Origin: a virus
Virus record (IMG/VR): IMGVR_UViG_3300032241_002083
Span: 1-64,000 of that record
Length of the DNA stretch: 64,000 nt
Direction: 5' to 3' (one strand)
The notes under the pieces were generated by a model. The model saw only the letters and a program-made list of their open reading frames with translations. It searched no databases and was not told the origin of the DNA. Positions 19,419-29,787 of this stretch are shown in pieces. The first letter of the stretch is position 1, and the number at the start of each line of letters is the position of its first letter. The position numbers and the translations under genes were made by a program.

Positions 19419-20249
19419 TTATATTTTTTCACCACAATTTGGGCAAAATTTATAATCTTTATTTTTAAATCCACAAGATGTACAAAAGTTATTTTTTAGT
19501 TCTTTTGTTTCAATTGGTTTTTTAGATTCTGGAAGTATTTGATAAGTAATTTTATTTATTGAATAAGATTCAAAATCCATATTAACAGATTCAAATTTTT
19601 GATTTGATTTATCACCCCTTTCAATTCTACCAGTTTCAGTTTTATCTGATGATAAAGTTCTTTTATTAATACTATTCGCATTATCAAAATGAGTTCCGCT
19701 ATAATAACATGAGGTTGTTTTAGGCTGAAATTTGTTAAAATCATTTTTATTTGAATATGATGAATTAGAGATTAAAGAATCTGTATCATTTATTATATTA
19801 CTTGTATAAGTTATAGATAAATTAGTAGGATAAGTTACAGTAGGATAATAACCATTTTGATTATAATAATTGTAATTACTATAATTGTAATTATTAGTTT
19901 TTTCTTTATAAAAAGAAACTTCTACTAAACCATTATTAGCGGTTGCGTTTAATGACTCGGAACTATTCTCTATTTCATAGGTTTTGAAAACAAATTTTCT
20001 TTTATCATCAACGAAGCAGTCTAAATAATGTCTTTCTCCTGGTCTTAAAACTAAACCATTGGAAGAAGCATTTTTCCCATTAATTTTTATTTCCGCTAAA
20101 ATTGATTCTTGAAGTGGATTAAATAATTCGATTAAGAATTCTTGATTATTTGGTAAATAAACTTTACCGTTTAAATAAATCTTTTTACGTCCTCTATCAC
20201 GAGAGTCGACGATCCAGGCACCTGGATTGTGTTGTGTTGTGTAATACAT
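19419..20249 (-). CDS. hypothetical protein with C-terminal double-CxxC zinc ribbon
   Basis: FCTSCG...FCPNCG; N-terminal beta-rich domain. Confidence 0.7.
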   Translation of the reverse strand: MYYTTQHNPGAWIVDSRDRGRKKIYLNGKVYLPNNQEFLIELFNPLQESILAEIKINGKNASSNGLVLRPGERHYLDCFVDDKRKFVFKTYEIENSSESLNATANNGLVEVSFYKEKTNNYNYSNYNYYNQNGYYPTVTYPTNLSITYTSNIINDTDSLISNSSYSNKNDFNKFQPKTTSCYYSGTHFDNANSINKRTLSSDKTETGRIERGDKSNQKFESVNMDFESYSINKITYQILPESKKPIETKELKNNFCTSCGFKNKDYKFCPNCGEKI

Positions 20250-20425
20250 TTCTATTCTTTTATTTTATCCCATATCTTTATTTTCTCTTCAAAAAAATTC
20301 AAAGCAACCAATTGTTACTCGACATGAGTTAGCGAACAGCTCAAAATTATATATCAAATTTATATATGTTTGTTTATTTTGAAAATTAAAAAAAAAATTC
20401 TTATCTTTGTAAAAATAATTGTGTT

Positions 20426-20653
20426 ATGACTATCAAAGAAGAACTCATATCTATTTTAGGTAAAAATTCAACACATCCTTGTGTATTTAACGAAAATTTA
20501 GAGGTAGATGCTATCTATACTTATAAAGGTAATGTTTATTGTTTAGATAAAGGAATGGATTTTCCAATTGAAAATGTAACTAATGAATGTCAAGTTGATA
20601 TACTTGATGCAATTAAATCAAAAAAATTTATTGTTGATAAAACATTTCAATAA
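20426..20653 (+). CDS. hypothetical protein
   Basis: ORF after TATCTTTG promoter at 20402. Confidence 0.65.
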   Translation: MTIKEELISILGKNSTHPCVFNENLEVDAIYTYKGNVYCLDKGMDFPIENVTNECQVDILDAIKSKKFIVDKTFQ

Positions 20654-20886
20654 TGATACAATTTATTTTACTTATATTAACTATATTATTTAGCTATTTG
20701 AATATAAAAGCCGAAACATTAGAAAGAAAGCTTATGTTTATAACTATATCAATTTTTATTGATTTAGCATGGTTTGGCGTTTCATTATTTCAATATAATT
20801 ATATCTGGGCTTTTCTTTGGTTTTTAATTTCTTTACTTGATTTAAGAGCATATAAAAATACAAAAAATGAAATCGAATCCGAATGA
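20653..20886 (+). CDS. small membrane protein
   Basis: Three hydrophobic segments; coupled to the upstream gene. Confidence 0.65.
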   Translation: MIQFILLILTILFSYLNIKAETLERKLMFITISIFIDLAWFGVSLFQYNYIWAFLWFLISLLDLRAYKNTKNEIESE

Positions 20887-20979
20887 TGATAAACCTATTA
20901 AATAAAGAAACAGAAAAACCACAAATTCAATTAGAAACAAAATTAAAAAATAAATATATAAAAACAAAAACAATTACTT

Positions 20980-21324
20980 ATGTAGATTGACAAGTTTAAC
21001 GAAACGAAACTATTAGTAATATCCAGAGAAGATATAACACCTGGCTATTCAGTTGTGCAATCAGCACATGCAATCGCAGAATTCGCTGCCGAGCATACAC
21101 AAACTTTTAAAGAATGGAAGAAACAATCAAATTCCATTATTTGTCTTTCAGTTAAAGACGAAGAATCCTTATTAAAACTTTTTGAAAAATTAGATAAAAA
21201 AACACCAAGTTCATCTTTTTATGAACCTGATGTAAATGCTTTTACTGCTATTTGTGTGTATGGAACACCAGAAATTCGTAAATCTCTTTCTCATTTGCCA
21301 TTAGTTTTAAAAACTAAGAAATAA
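20980..21324 (+). CDS. Pth2-like peptidyl-tRNA hydrolase with in-frame TAG at codon 2
   Basis: M*IDKFNETKLLVISREDITPGYSVVQSAHAIAEF...WKKQSNSIICLSVKDEESL...FYEPD..FTAICV. The conserved K..V.R.D...G...Q..HA segment starts upstream of the ORF-track start at 21055. Confidence 0.7.
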
Positions 21325-21372
21325 AAAATTAAAAAGGCGAAACGGATAACAAAATTAAAAATAATAGAAAAT

Positions 21373-21868
21373 ATGAAGTAGATAACATTACAAGCATTAA
21401 GAGAAGCAATGCAAAGTTGCGAACAAAGTAAAGGATTTTCAACATTAGAGCATGGAAAATCTGTTAAAAATTACTTATTTGATTTGATAAATCATTTAAG
21501 AAATAACGAACTATTGAAATACGAATGGAAAATACCTGAATGGGTAATTGAAAATAAAGAATTTATTTTGACTAATTTAGTAGATGATAAAACATTAGTT
21601 ATTTAAAAACAAAATAGCCGCTGATTTAGTAAGACACGATATGGACATCCATACTTTAAAATCCGAAGGTGTTGAGGAATTCTGTAAAAATCCATTAGCA
21701 ATTACATTACTTTTAAGTGGACTTGCTGAAATCCATTCAAATGCTCCAATTTTTGGTGGGTTAAGTAGTACTAGTTTTAAAATTAAGTTAAAAACTATTA
21801 CACAAAGAGGTAAGCAAATTTTAAATATTCTAAATGTCAAAAATTGTTATTTTAAAGAAAAATATTAA
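21373..21868 (+). pseudogene. HD-domain-like gene with in-frame TAG at codon 3 and an apparent internal deletion/frameshift near 21600
   Basis: MK*ITLQALREAMQSCEQSKGFSTLEHG...DDKTL, then in another frame LFKNKIAADLVRHDMDIH...AEIHSNA. HD assignment is inferred. Confidence 0.5.
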
Positions 21869-21984
21869 GGTTGTTTGTGTTGAAGAATATATTTTCTATT
21901 GGAGTTGAAATAGCAACATTTGCTAAACATTTCATGGTTTTATCTGATTTTAGAGAACAAAGGATTAATGATATATTAGAATGA
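21834..21984 (+). pseudogene. remnant of small protein ending HFMVLSDFREQRINDILE*
   Basis: MSKIVILKKNIKVVCVEE in one frame, tagged C-terminus in another; resembles 45360-45668. Confidence 0.45.
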
Positions 21985-23009
21985 ATATAAAAGAAACTTT
22001 TTTAAAACTAACAAGTCGCACATATCCTTATGGTAATGAAAATCGTTTAAGATATGCATTACCTAAGGATATTAAACGTGACAATCATGGTAATTTTTAC
22101 TATCAAATAGGTAAATCAAAAACTATTTTTACTTGTCATCTTGATACGGTTTCAAAAAAATATGAAGAAGTTACACATATTATAGAAAGAAATATCATCA
22201 AAACTAATGGTAAAACTATACTTGGTGCTGATGATAAGGCTGGCATGTGTGTGCTTCTTTATATGATTGAACAAAAAATACCCGGAACTTATTTCTTTTA
22301 CATTGGAGAAGAAGTTGGATGCATTGGTAGTAAAGCAGCTGCTTCAAAAGATAAAGACTTTTATTTTAAATATGATAAGATAATATCTTTTGACAGGAAA
22401 GATACTTGCTCAATAATAACACATCAATCTTGTGAAAGATGTTGTTCTAATGAGTTTGCCGAATTCTTATCAAAAGAATTTATAGATTTAGGATTGGAAT
22501 TAAAACCAGATGATACTGGTGTAGGCACAGATTCTGCTCAATTTACAAATATAATACCTGAATGCACTAATATATCTGTTGGTTATTATAAAGAACATAC
22601 ACATGATGAATATCAAGACATAGATTTTTTAGAAAAACTTTGTATGGCTTCATGTTTAATTAATTGGGATAATTTACCTGTTAAAAGAAATACACAAATA
22701 AAAGAATATAAAGAATATAATTATAATTCTACTAATTATAATAGTTGGTTAGAAAAAAATCGAGCCAAAAAATGGAATGATAAACCAAAACGAAGAGAGA
22801 ACAATCTTAATAAGGTTTATGGTTATGAAGAAACTCTTTATGCTTCTGTTGAAGAAGATATTAAAAATGTATGTAAACCCCCTCAAATTTCTTTAATTTC
22901 AAAAAAGGATCTTTTTACTTTGTATAAAGACACGATTAATGATAAGCATTTTTCTGCAAAAGAATATGCAATAATTGAGGAACAATTTGTAGAAAATTAT
23001 TTATTATAA
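21981..23009 (+). CDS. M28/M20-family zinc peptidase
   Basis: CHLDTV, LGADDKAG, GEEVG, SFDR, GYYKEHT. Confidence 0.85.
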   Translation: MNIKETFLKLTSRTYPYGNENRLRYALPKDIKRDNHGNFYYQIGKSKTIFTCHLDTVSKKYEEVTHIIERNIIKTNGKTILGADDKAGMCVLLYMIEQKIPGTYFFYIGEEVGCIGSKAAASKDKDFYFKYDKIISFDRKDTCSIITHQSCERCCSNEFAEFLSKEFIDLGLELKPDDTGVGTDSAQFTNIIPECTNISVGYYKEHTHDEYQDIDFLEKLCMASCLINWDNLPVKRNTQIKEYKEYNYNSTNYNSWLEKNRAKKWNDKPKRRENNLNKVYGYEETLYASVEEDIKNVCKPPQISLISKKDLFTLYKDTINDKHFSAKEYAIIEEQFVENYLL

Positions 23010-23237
23010 TTTGCTAATAATTTGAGTTGATTTAATTATTTCGTCCGGAGCATTTTTAATTTTTGATTCGGATATATTATGTGAAACAAGGAATTTTCTT
23101 CCTTTTATTTCTTTTATGCGAACTTTTGTAATCATCTTATTATACCAGTATTCAATATAAACAATATCTCCTTCTTTATAATAGGACTTTTTTTCTGATA
23201 GATTTTCAAAATTTGAATATTTAATTAAATAGTTCAT
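23004..23237 (-). CDS. small SH3/Tudor-like protein with MNYLIKYSNFE leader
   Basis: YKEGDIVYIE...VRIKEI. Confidence 0.6.
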   Translation of the reverse strand: MNYLIKYSNFENLSEKKSYYKEGDIVYIEYWYNKMITKVRIKEIKGRKFLVSHNISESKIKNAPDEIIKSTQIISKL

Positions 23238-23249
23238 AAACTATATATA

Positions 23250-23278
23250 AAAAGCACCAATAATTATTGGTGCTTTTT
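23250..23278. terminator. intrinsic terminator
   Basis: aaaagcaccaataattattggtgctttt downstream of phoH. Confidence 0.8.
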
Positions 23279-23280
23279 TA

Positions 23281-24078
23281 TTATTTTCTTTTCCAAGGTT
23301 GTTCTTGCTGAACTAGCTTATCATTTTCAGTTTTCCACTTTTCGTATTTATTAACGATGTTAATTAAGAATTTATTTCTTACAATATCATCAGATGCAAA
23401 GGCAAAGTTAAAAATACCTTCATCATCTTTATAAAGATTTATAAAATCTAAAAACCTTGAATCTGATTTTTTTATATCATATTGAGATATATCTCCCATC
23501 ATAATAGCTTTTGAATTATTACCTAGACGAGTTACCCATAACATTAATTGTGTCATTGTTGAATTTTGTGCTTCATCCATTAACATAATACAATTATCAT
23601 AAGTAGTACCTCTCATATAAGCTAATGGTTCTACAATTATTTCACCAGTTGCTCGCATCCATTCTAATTGTCCCTTTCCAATAATTTTTTCAAAATTAGA
23701 AAAATAAGATTTCATAAATGGATCAGTTTTTTCTTGAATAGTGCCTGGTAAAAAGCCTAAATTTTCGCCTGATTCTTGTATTGGTTTAGTTAAAACTATT
23801 TTTTCAATTTTTTGATCAGCTAAAAGTGCGAGAGATGTATAACAAGCGGTAAAGGTTTTACTGGTTCCAGCAGGGCCTTGACATATTGTTAAAGTATTAT
23901 TTCTGATTCCTTTATATAATTCTAATTGTTTTTGATTAAGAACTATACCACATCTCTCTAATTCTGCTTTATTAAAGCGACTTTTTCTAGAAGAGCTAAC
24001 TTGTCTTTGTTCTAAAAGTTCTTCGGCTTCAATATAAGCTTCTTTTTTAGACCTTTGTTTTGCTTTTGGGTTTGCCAT
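23281..24078 (-). CDS. phoH: PhoH-family ATPase
   Basis: GPAGTSKT, LGFLPG, AYMRGTT, DEAQN, GDISQ. Confidence 0.95.
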   Translation of the reverse strand: MANPKAKQRSKKEAYIEAEELLEQRQVSSSRKSRFNKAELERCGIVLNQKQLELYKGIRNNTLTICQGPAGTSKTFTACYTSLALLADQKIEKIVLTKPIQESGENLGFLPGTIQEKTDPFMKSYFSNFEKIIGKGQLEWMRATGEIIVEPLAYMRGTTYDNCIMLMDEAQNSTMTQLMLWVTRLGNNSKAIMMGDISQYDIKKSDSRFLDFINLYKDDEGIFNFAFASDDIVRNKFLINIVNKYEKWKTENDKLVQQEQPWKRK

Positions 24079-24172
24079 GCGTTTTTTTTATTTTATATAT
24101 TATTCGTTTAGTTGTTTAAATAAAAAATATAACTTATGAATTCTAAAAAGAGATTATTTTTATATATAAAAT

Positions 24173-24388
24173 ATGAAACAAACTGATGATTTAATTTATG
24201 AACTTATTTTTTCAGATTCAAATAAATTTGAGATAATAGTATCAGACTATATTGTTGATATATATACTTATGATAAATTTATTAATCATATAAAGGTTAT
24301 TTTAGAAAAATCAAAGGTAGTTATAGTTAAAGAATCAATTGAAGTTTTAACCAAGAGTGTTAAATGGAAATTAAAAGTAAAAAGATAA
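24173..24388 (+). CDS. hypothetical protein
   Basis: ORF track; TATATA upstream. Confidence 0.6.
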   Translation: MKQTDDLIYELIFSDSNKFEIIVSDYIVDIYTYDKFINHIKVILEKSKVVIVKESIEVLTKSVKWKLKVKR

Positions 24389-24391
24389 ATT

Positions 24392-27300
24392 ATGTACATA
24401 TATAATACAGATACTCAAATGTGGGTTAAGCAAACAGACACGCTTAGCCAAGATAATTATGATAATCTTAAACAAGATTTATCACAATTACAACTTTATT
24501 CAAGAGATTTGAGTGGAGCAACTTACTTGTATACCAGTAATACTGCTAGTATTTATGATTCTTTAAAATATAAAGATAATTCTACATGGGTAGTATCACC
24601 TTTATATTCTAATTGGACATCATTGCCAACAGATGGATCTATTATTGACCCAAGTAGTTTAAATACTTATCAAAACTATTCTTATGAATATGGCTTTAGT
24701 CTTAAAAATTTTTTTACTCCATTAAAAACCATTGATTCATTAAATACAATAAATGTTAGTGTTGCTACAACTGAACAGATTGATTTAAATTCTAGTACTT
24801 TTAGCCAAATAGATGGAATAGATTTGTTGAATGGAAATTTGGTTTTAGTAAAAGATCAATTGTCAACAGTAGATTTAGATTTTACTGTAAATCCAGATAG
24901 TTATTTTGATGTAAATTATTATTTTGTAAGCACGAATATAGCCGATATAACTTATGAATACTATAATTCTGATAATGGTATTTATATTTTTCAAAATGGA
25001 CAATTAATTAAACAAGATTTAATGACTTATAGCCTAATAAGTCAATTGAGTATTTATGTTCAATTAGGAACTACATATCAAGATTCACAATTTGCTCTAT
25101 CAAGAAAAAAGAATGGATTTTATCCAATTAAAGGAGAACCCTTTGAATTTAAATCTTCAAAAAATTATTTAGTTAGAAATCAAGTAGATTATCATAATTT
25201 ATTTGAATCAAATTATTACGACATTCTTAAACATGCTACACAATCTTTAACTATTGAAGGTTTTACATATACTATTCCAAGTAGATTGTTATATGTTGGT
25301 GATTTTGGAATTATACTTAATTTACAACAATTATCTTATTCACAATATGTTTGGAATCCATATAAAGACAATATAAGAAGTATTACACAAACTACAAATT
25401 ATTATTGGATGTGTGGTGATAATGGAAATATTTTAAGAATGTCTAAATTAGATTTTAGTATAATAAAAATAGATTTAGGAGATGAGTGGAGACAATTAAT
25501 GTCTATTTCATTTGTAAATGATTTAAACGGTATGGTTGTTGGTAAAAATAATTGTATTTATTACACAAAAGATGGAGGATTTAATTGGACTTCATTAAAT
25601 ATCGGTCAAGAAAATTGGTCTTACAATCGTTGTCTTTATTATAATTATAATTTAATTTTTTTAGCTGGTGAAAATGGTTTATTTGTTGAATTAACTTATT
25701 CTGATTTAAGTGGTTTTAATTTTGAGCAAATTAATTTAGTTAAAAATCTTTCATTAACAGATACATATGACCTAATACAAGATATTAATGATATGTATTA
25801 TACACATTTTGACACTTATCAGTATGGTTGGGGCTTAACATATGCTACTGCTGTTGATTTAATGGCTGGTAATGGAATCACATATTCTATGGATTGCTTA
25901 TTTATGGTTACAAATAATAGCAATATTTTATGTTATGAGATTAATAATTTTGTAACTGAACATGATGTTTTATATTTATCATTTAGTCAATCTTTGGGCG
26001 ATTTAACTTCTATTACAAGACAAAATGGTACAAATAATATGTTCGTTTCAGGAGATAATTTATATACATTTGATATAAATACTTTTAAATATGTAAGCAC
26101 AACTTCTAATCAAATTGGCGGTTCTTCTTATTCAATTGTTGCTTCAACTTATAGTAATCGCATATTTGATTTTGAAGGAGTAGATTTATATAGAGCTTGT
26201 AATTTTGCTAATATTTATGATTATAATTATACTTCAAGCATTGAAACTTCAATACAAACAGAAACAGTAATTCCAAAAATGTTATTTATGGAGTATGATA
26301 TGGCAGACAAATTAAATTTCTTTGATGAAAATTTTAATTATAGATTGCCAAATTCTGTAACATTTAGTGGTTCTACTTTATCTGAAATTTATTTTAATAA
26401 TAATCAAGCCACTTGGTTAGATTATTTAAAAGATATTTGGAAAGTTTATCCAGCCGTTGGCGCAGATACTTCATCTGGAAATGAAATAACACTTAATACA
26501 TTATTCAGTATTAGAAATACTTCTTCAATTACTTTTAGTAGTTCCGATATAACATTAAATTATAATGATATATCTGGTTTATATCCAAACGTAGGAAGTT
26601 ATATAACATCAAGATGGAATCCTTTTACTCCAACTGTACCATCATCAGGATATTCTGTTTTTATGAACAGTTATATATCAGTTTTTAAATTACCCAATGA
26701 TTTTTGTGTTCCTGGTGATATTCTGATGATTTCTGCTTCTAATATAAATGCAAATTTAATGGTAAATTATGGTTTGACAACAAGTGCGTTGTTTACATAT
26801 TTTTATGCTTTTAATGACTTCAATACAGCGATTTTAAACAGCATAAAAAATAGCCCTTCACTTAGTATTACAAACTTAAATAAGTTTGAAAATGCGTCTG
26901 TATTAGTGTCTAATTTTGAAAATCACCCTATATCAACTGGGTATAATTTAACATATGACGGAAATAATTTAACTGTAAATCCTGTTTTTAACAATTATAC
27001 CGCTTATAAATCATTAGAAGCTAATTTAAATGTAATAAATGGTTCTACTTTAACAACAAATAATTTAATTTATGAAGATACGTTTAATTTATTTGGATAT
27101 ACACCAAAATATAGTTTATTAAATTATCTTTCAAATATAAACTCAACATTTACCGCAAGTAAAATTTTTTACAGCATGCCTATTTATGTAGGTCTTCCTT
27201 GTAATGGAGCAAGTAGTTTTACTTCAACAAATATTTATTTTGATTCTAATCTTCCTTTACCAGGAACTATGAGTTATGCTAAAAATAAATTATTATTTGG

Positions 27301-29398
27301 TTCAGAATTAAAGTTTCAATATGATACACTTTGGCTTAATACATTTGTTGATTTAAATCTTTATACTTCTGCTGGTAATTTTACAAAAACACAAGTTTTA
27401 ATAACTAACAAATACTATGATTCTGTATATGGTGGATGGGCTTTAGAATTTAATGATAATATAATTAAAACTGATGATGGTATAACACATTATCGAGTTG
27501 CTTTAAATTCTATTGATATAATTTCGAGAAATACATTAGGGCAAATATCAGCAGATTTAGAAATTTTTAATAATTTGAATAAACCTCTAATCGATAAAAA
27601 ATTTAATTCTGGTTTATGGAATGTCAATATTTATGATAATCCTATTAAAACAAAAATAAATACAGATTCTTATACTAAAATACTTTTATCTGACGGTGAT
27701 ATTAAAAAGTATATTAATTCAATAATTTTTACTAATTCTGATAATATCTTAACTTTAAATGTTGTTAATATTCCTTATATGGAACAAATAACAATAAATG
27801 ACACTTTTACAGACATGGGTAATTTAGCAATTACAACAGATGGATTAAAAGATGTTAATGGAACATTTTTAGGCTATTTAAATTTTACAGGAGGAACTGG
27901 CTCTTCACAACAATTAAATCCAAGTTATATAGGCATTAATTCAGTTACAAAAATTGATGAATATATAGCTATGATAAACACTGAATATTTAATTACACCA
28001 AGTGTAACTGATATAGGTTATTTAACAACATTTATATTTGATCCATTTTTTAATTATTCACCTGTTAATCTTTTAGAAATATCTAATGATATGATGTTTA
28101 AAATACCGACAATCTTATCAGCGAATAATTTACTAATTAATGGTAAAACAAATAGTATAGTACAAAATTCAACAAACCCAGCATTTAGATTGGTTGATGG
28201 TTTAGATATAAATATAATACAAAATAACTATCATTGGATTCTAGAAGCTGAAATAGAAGATGCTGTTATTGGTATAAATAATAATGGTATAGTTTGGTAT
28301 AGTGGAATTTGGTATTCTGGTAGATGGTTTGGAGACACTTGGTATTCCGGAACTTGGGTTTCTGGCGATTGGTATAGTGGAAACTGGTTTTCATCTCAAG
28401 TAATAGATAACGGTGATAGTATATTCATAGGGAATACTAATTATAATAACTATAATTCTGTATGGTATAATGGTCGATTTTTTTCAGGCACATGGAATTC
28501 TGGTTCATGGATAAATGGTCGCTGGTATGGCGATACATGGAAATCTGGGTTGTGGTTTAATGGTATTTGGAATAATGGTATTTGGGAATCTGGTATATTT
28601 TATGGTGGTGTTTGGATAGAAGGAAATTGGTATTCTGGCACTTTTAATTCATTTAACAAACCTGCTTATTGGTTAAATGGTTCTTTTAATAGTGGAGATT
28701 TTCAAAATGGAATGTGGTATAATGGTATTTTTGGAAATAATTTTAATACATTAAATAAGTTTGGATCTTTGGCATCTAATAGTAGAAATGCCATTTGGCA
28801 AGGTGGAGTATTTTCATCAGGTAATTTTTATTCAAGTGAAAATATAGTAGGTGGAACAATTAGTGCTTCACCAATTCATAAATACTCACAATGGAAAACT
28901 GGTAGTTTTAATTCTGGCAATTTTTATGGAGGTATAGTTTATAATATAAACATAAGTGGTAGTGAATGGATTTCAGGTATTTTAATGGATATAGAAATTA
29001 TAGGAATTAATTTACAAACAAACATAATAACATTAAATGGCTTATTTATGTTTAACATAGGTGATTATGTTAATATGCTTGCTAATGGAACTACAACACC
29101 TTATTTACAACTTGGTAATTATTCTAATTATGGCAGATATCGTGTTGCTTTAATTGAGTATGACTACAATAATAATTGGACTTTCTTAACTTTAAATTAT
29201 GATTTAAGTAGTTTAGGTGTTACAGGTTATTATGCAGGCACAGCAAGTTATAATATAGATACTGGTATGAGATTAGTTAGTAAATTTAATAACATAGATT
29301 GGAGTAGCGGCATTTGGTATAATGGTATATTCGAAAGTGGTAATTTTTACGGAGGAATGTGGTATAATGGTGTATTTAATGGTAATTGGGGAATTTAA
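24392..29398 (+). CDS. large virion-type protein with BNR/YCF48-like propeller and W-x-x-G pentapeptide repeats
   Basis: YYTKDGGFNW, VGDFG/CGDNG/AGENG blades; C-terminal WYSGIWYSGRWFGDTW... repeats. Confidence 0.65.
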   Translation: MYIYNTDTQMWVKQTDTLSQDNYDNLKQDLSQLQLYSRDLSGATYLYTSNTASIYDSLKYKDNSTWVVSPLYSNWTSLPTDGSIIDPSSLNTYQNYSYEYGFSLKNFFTPLKTIDSLNTINVSVATTEQIDLNSSTFSQIDGIDLLNGNLVLVKDQLSTVDLDFTVNPDSYFDVNYYFVSTNIADITYEYYNSDNGIYIFQNGQLIKQDLMTYSLISQLSIYVQLGTTYQDSQFALSRKKNGFYPIKGEPFEFKSSKNYLVRNQVDYHNLFESNYYDILKHATQSLTIEGFTYTIPSRLLYVGDFGIILNLQQLSYSQYVWNPYKDNIRSITQTTNYYWMCGDNGNILRMSKLDFSIIKIDLGDEWRQLMSISFVNDLNGMVVGKNNCIYYTKDGGFNWTSLNIGQENWSYNRCLYYNYNLIFLAGENGLFVELTYSDLSGFNFEQINLVKNLSLTDTYDLIQDINDMYYTHFDTYQYGWGLTYATAVDLMAGNGITYSMDCLFMVTNNSNILCYEINNFVTEHDVLYLSFSQSLGDLTSITRQNGTNNMFVSGDNLYTFDINTFKYVSTTSNQIGGSSYSIVASTYSNRIFDFEGVDLYRACNFANIYDYNYTSSIETSIQTETVIPKMLFMEYDMADKLNFFDENFNYRLPNSVTFSGSTLSEIYFNNNQATWLDYLKDIWKVYPAVGADTSSGNEITLNTLFSIRNTSSITFSSSDITLNYNDISGLYPNVGSYITSRWNPFTPTVPSSGYSVFMNSYISVFKLPNDFCVPGDILMISASNINANLMVNYGLTTSALFTYFYAFNDFNTAILNSIKNSPSLSITNLNKFENASVLVSNFENHPISTGYNLTYDGNNLTVNPVFNNYTAYKSLEANLNVINGSTLTTNNLIYEDTFNLFGYTPKYSLLNYLSNINSTFTASKIFYSMPIYVGLPCNGASSFTSTNIYFDSNLPLPGTMSYAKNKLLFGSELKFQYDTLWLNTFVDLNLYTSAGNFTKTQVLITNKYYDSVYGGWALEFNDNIIKTDDGITHYRVALNSIDIISRNTLGQISADLEIFNNLNKPLIDKKFNSGLWNVNIYDNPIKTKINTDSYTKILLSDGDIKKYINSIIFTNSDNILTLNVVNIPYMEQITINDTFTDMGNLAITTDGLKDVNGTFLGYLNFTGGTGSSQQLNPSYIGINSVTKIDEYIAMINTEYLITPSVTDIGYLTTFIFDPFFNYSPVNLLEISNDMMFKIPTILSANNLLINGKTNSIVQNSTNPAFRLVDGLDINIIQNNYHWILEAEIEDAVIGINNNGIVWYSGIWYSGRWFGDTWYSGTWVSGDWYSGNWFSSQVIDNGDSIFIGNTNYNNYNSVWYNGRFFSGTWNSGSWINGRWYGDTWKSGLWFNGIWNNGIWESGIFYGGVWIEGNWYSGTFNSFNKPAYWLNGSFNSGDFQNGMWYNGIFGNNFNTLNKFGSLASNSRNAIWQGGVFSSGNFYSSENIVGGTISASPIHKYSQWKTGSFNSGNFYGGIVYNINISGSEWISGILMDIEIIGINLQTNIITLNGLFMFNIGDYVNMLANGTTTPYLQLGNYSNYGRYRVALIEYDYNNNWTFLTLNYDLSSLGVTGYYAGTASYNIDTGMRLVSKFNNIDWSSGIWYNGIFESGNFYGGMWYNGVFNGNWGI

Positions 29399-29421
29399 TT
29401 ATTAAAAATAATATATACATT

Positions 29422-29781
29422 ATGAAAAAATTCACGATTTATTTAAAAGAAGCCGAAGAAGTAAAAATTGATATTAAACTTAAAGAAGAATTATTAGAGA
29501 TGGTAAAAAAATCTTTAAATACTTCTGATGCTAAAACTGTAAATGATTTCATTGAGGCATATAAAGAAGATTCTGATAAGAATCAAATAGAGGGTTTGAT
29601 AAACGATGCTGATGTTTATGACTTTTATTTAAAATTTATGGATGAGATAGATGAAATTTTATCAGAATCAAATTTTTTTGAAAAAACTCCGAAAGAATTA
29701 AATACCTTTTCTTTATACACTTATTTAGTAGCTGGCACAAAAAATGCCGTCAAAATTACTATTGACGGCATAAAAGAATAA
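29422..29781 (+). CDS. hypothetical acidic protein with MKKFTIYLKE leader
   Basis: Start reassigned to ATG 29422, just after TAATATATA 29409-29417. Confidence 0.65.
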   Translation: MKKFTIYLKEAEEVKIDIKLKEELLEMVKKSLNTSDAKTVNDFIEAYKEDSDKNQIEGLINDADVYDFYLKFMDEIDEILSESNFFEKTPKELNTFSLYTYLVAGTKNAVKITIDGIKE

Positions 29782-29787
29782 TTTAAT

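Noticed and set aside
20983-20991. prfB-type programmed +1 frameshift at GAT TGA C
   Set aside because: GAU to AUU re-pairing is poor and there is no internal Shine-Dalgarno; kept only as a minor alternative.
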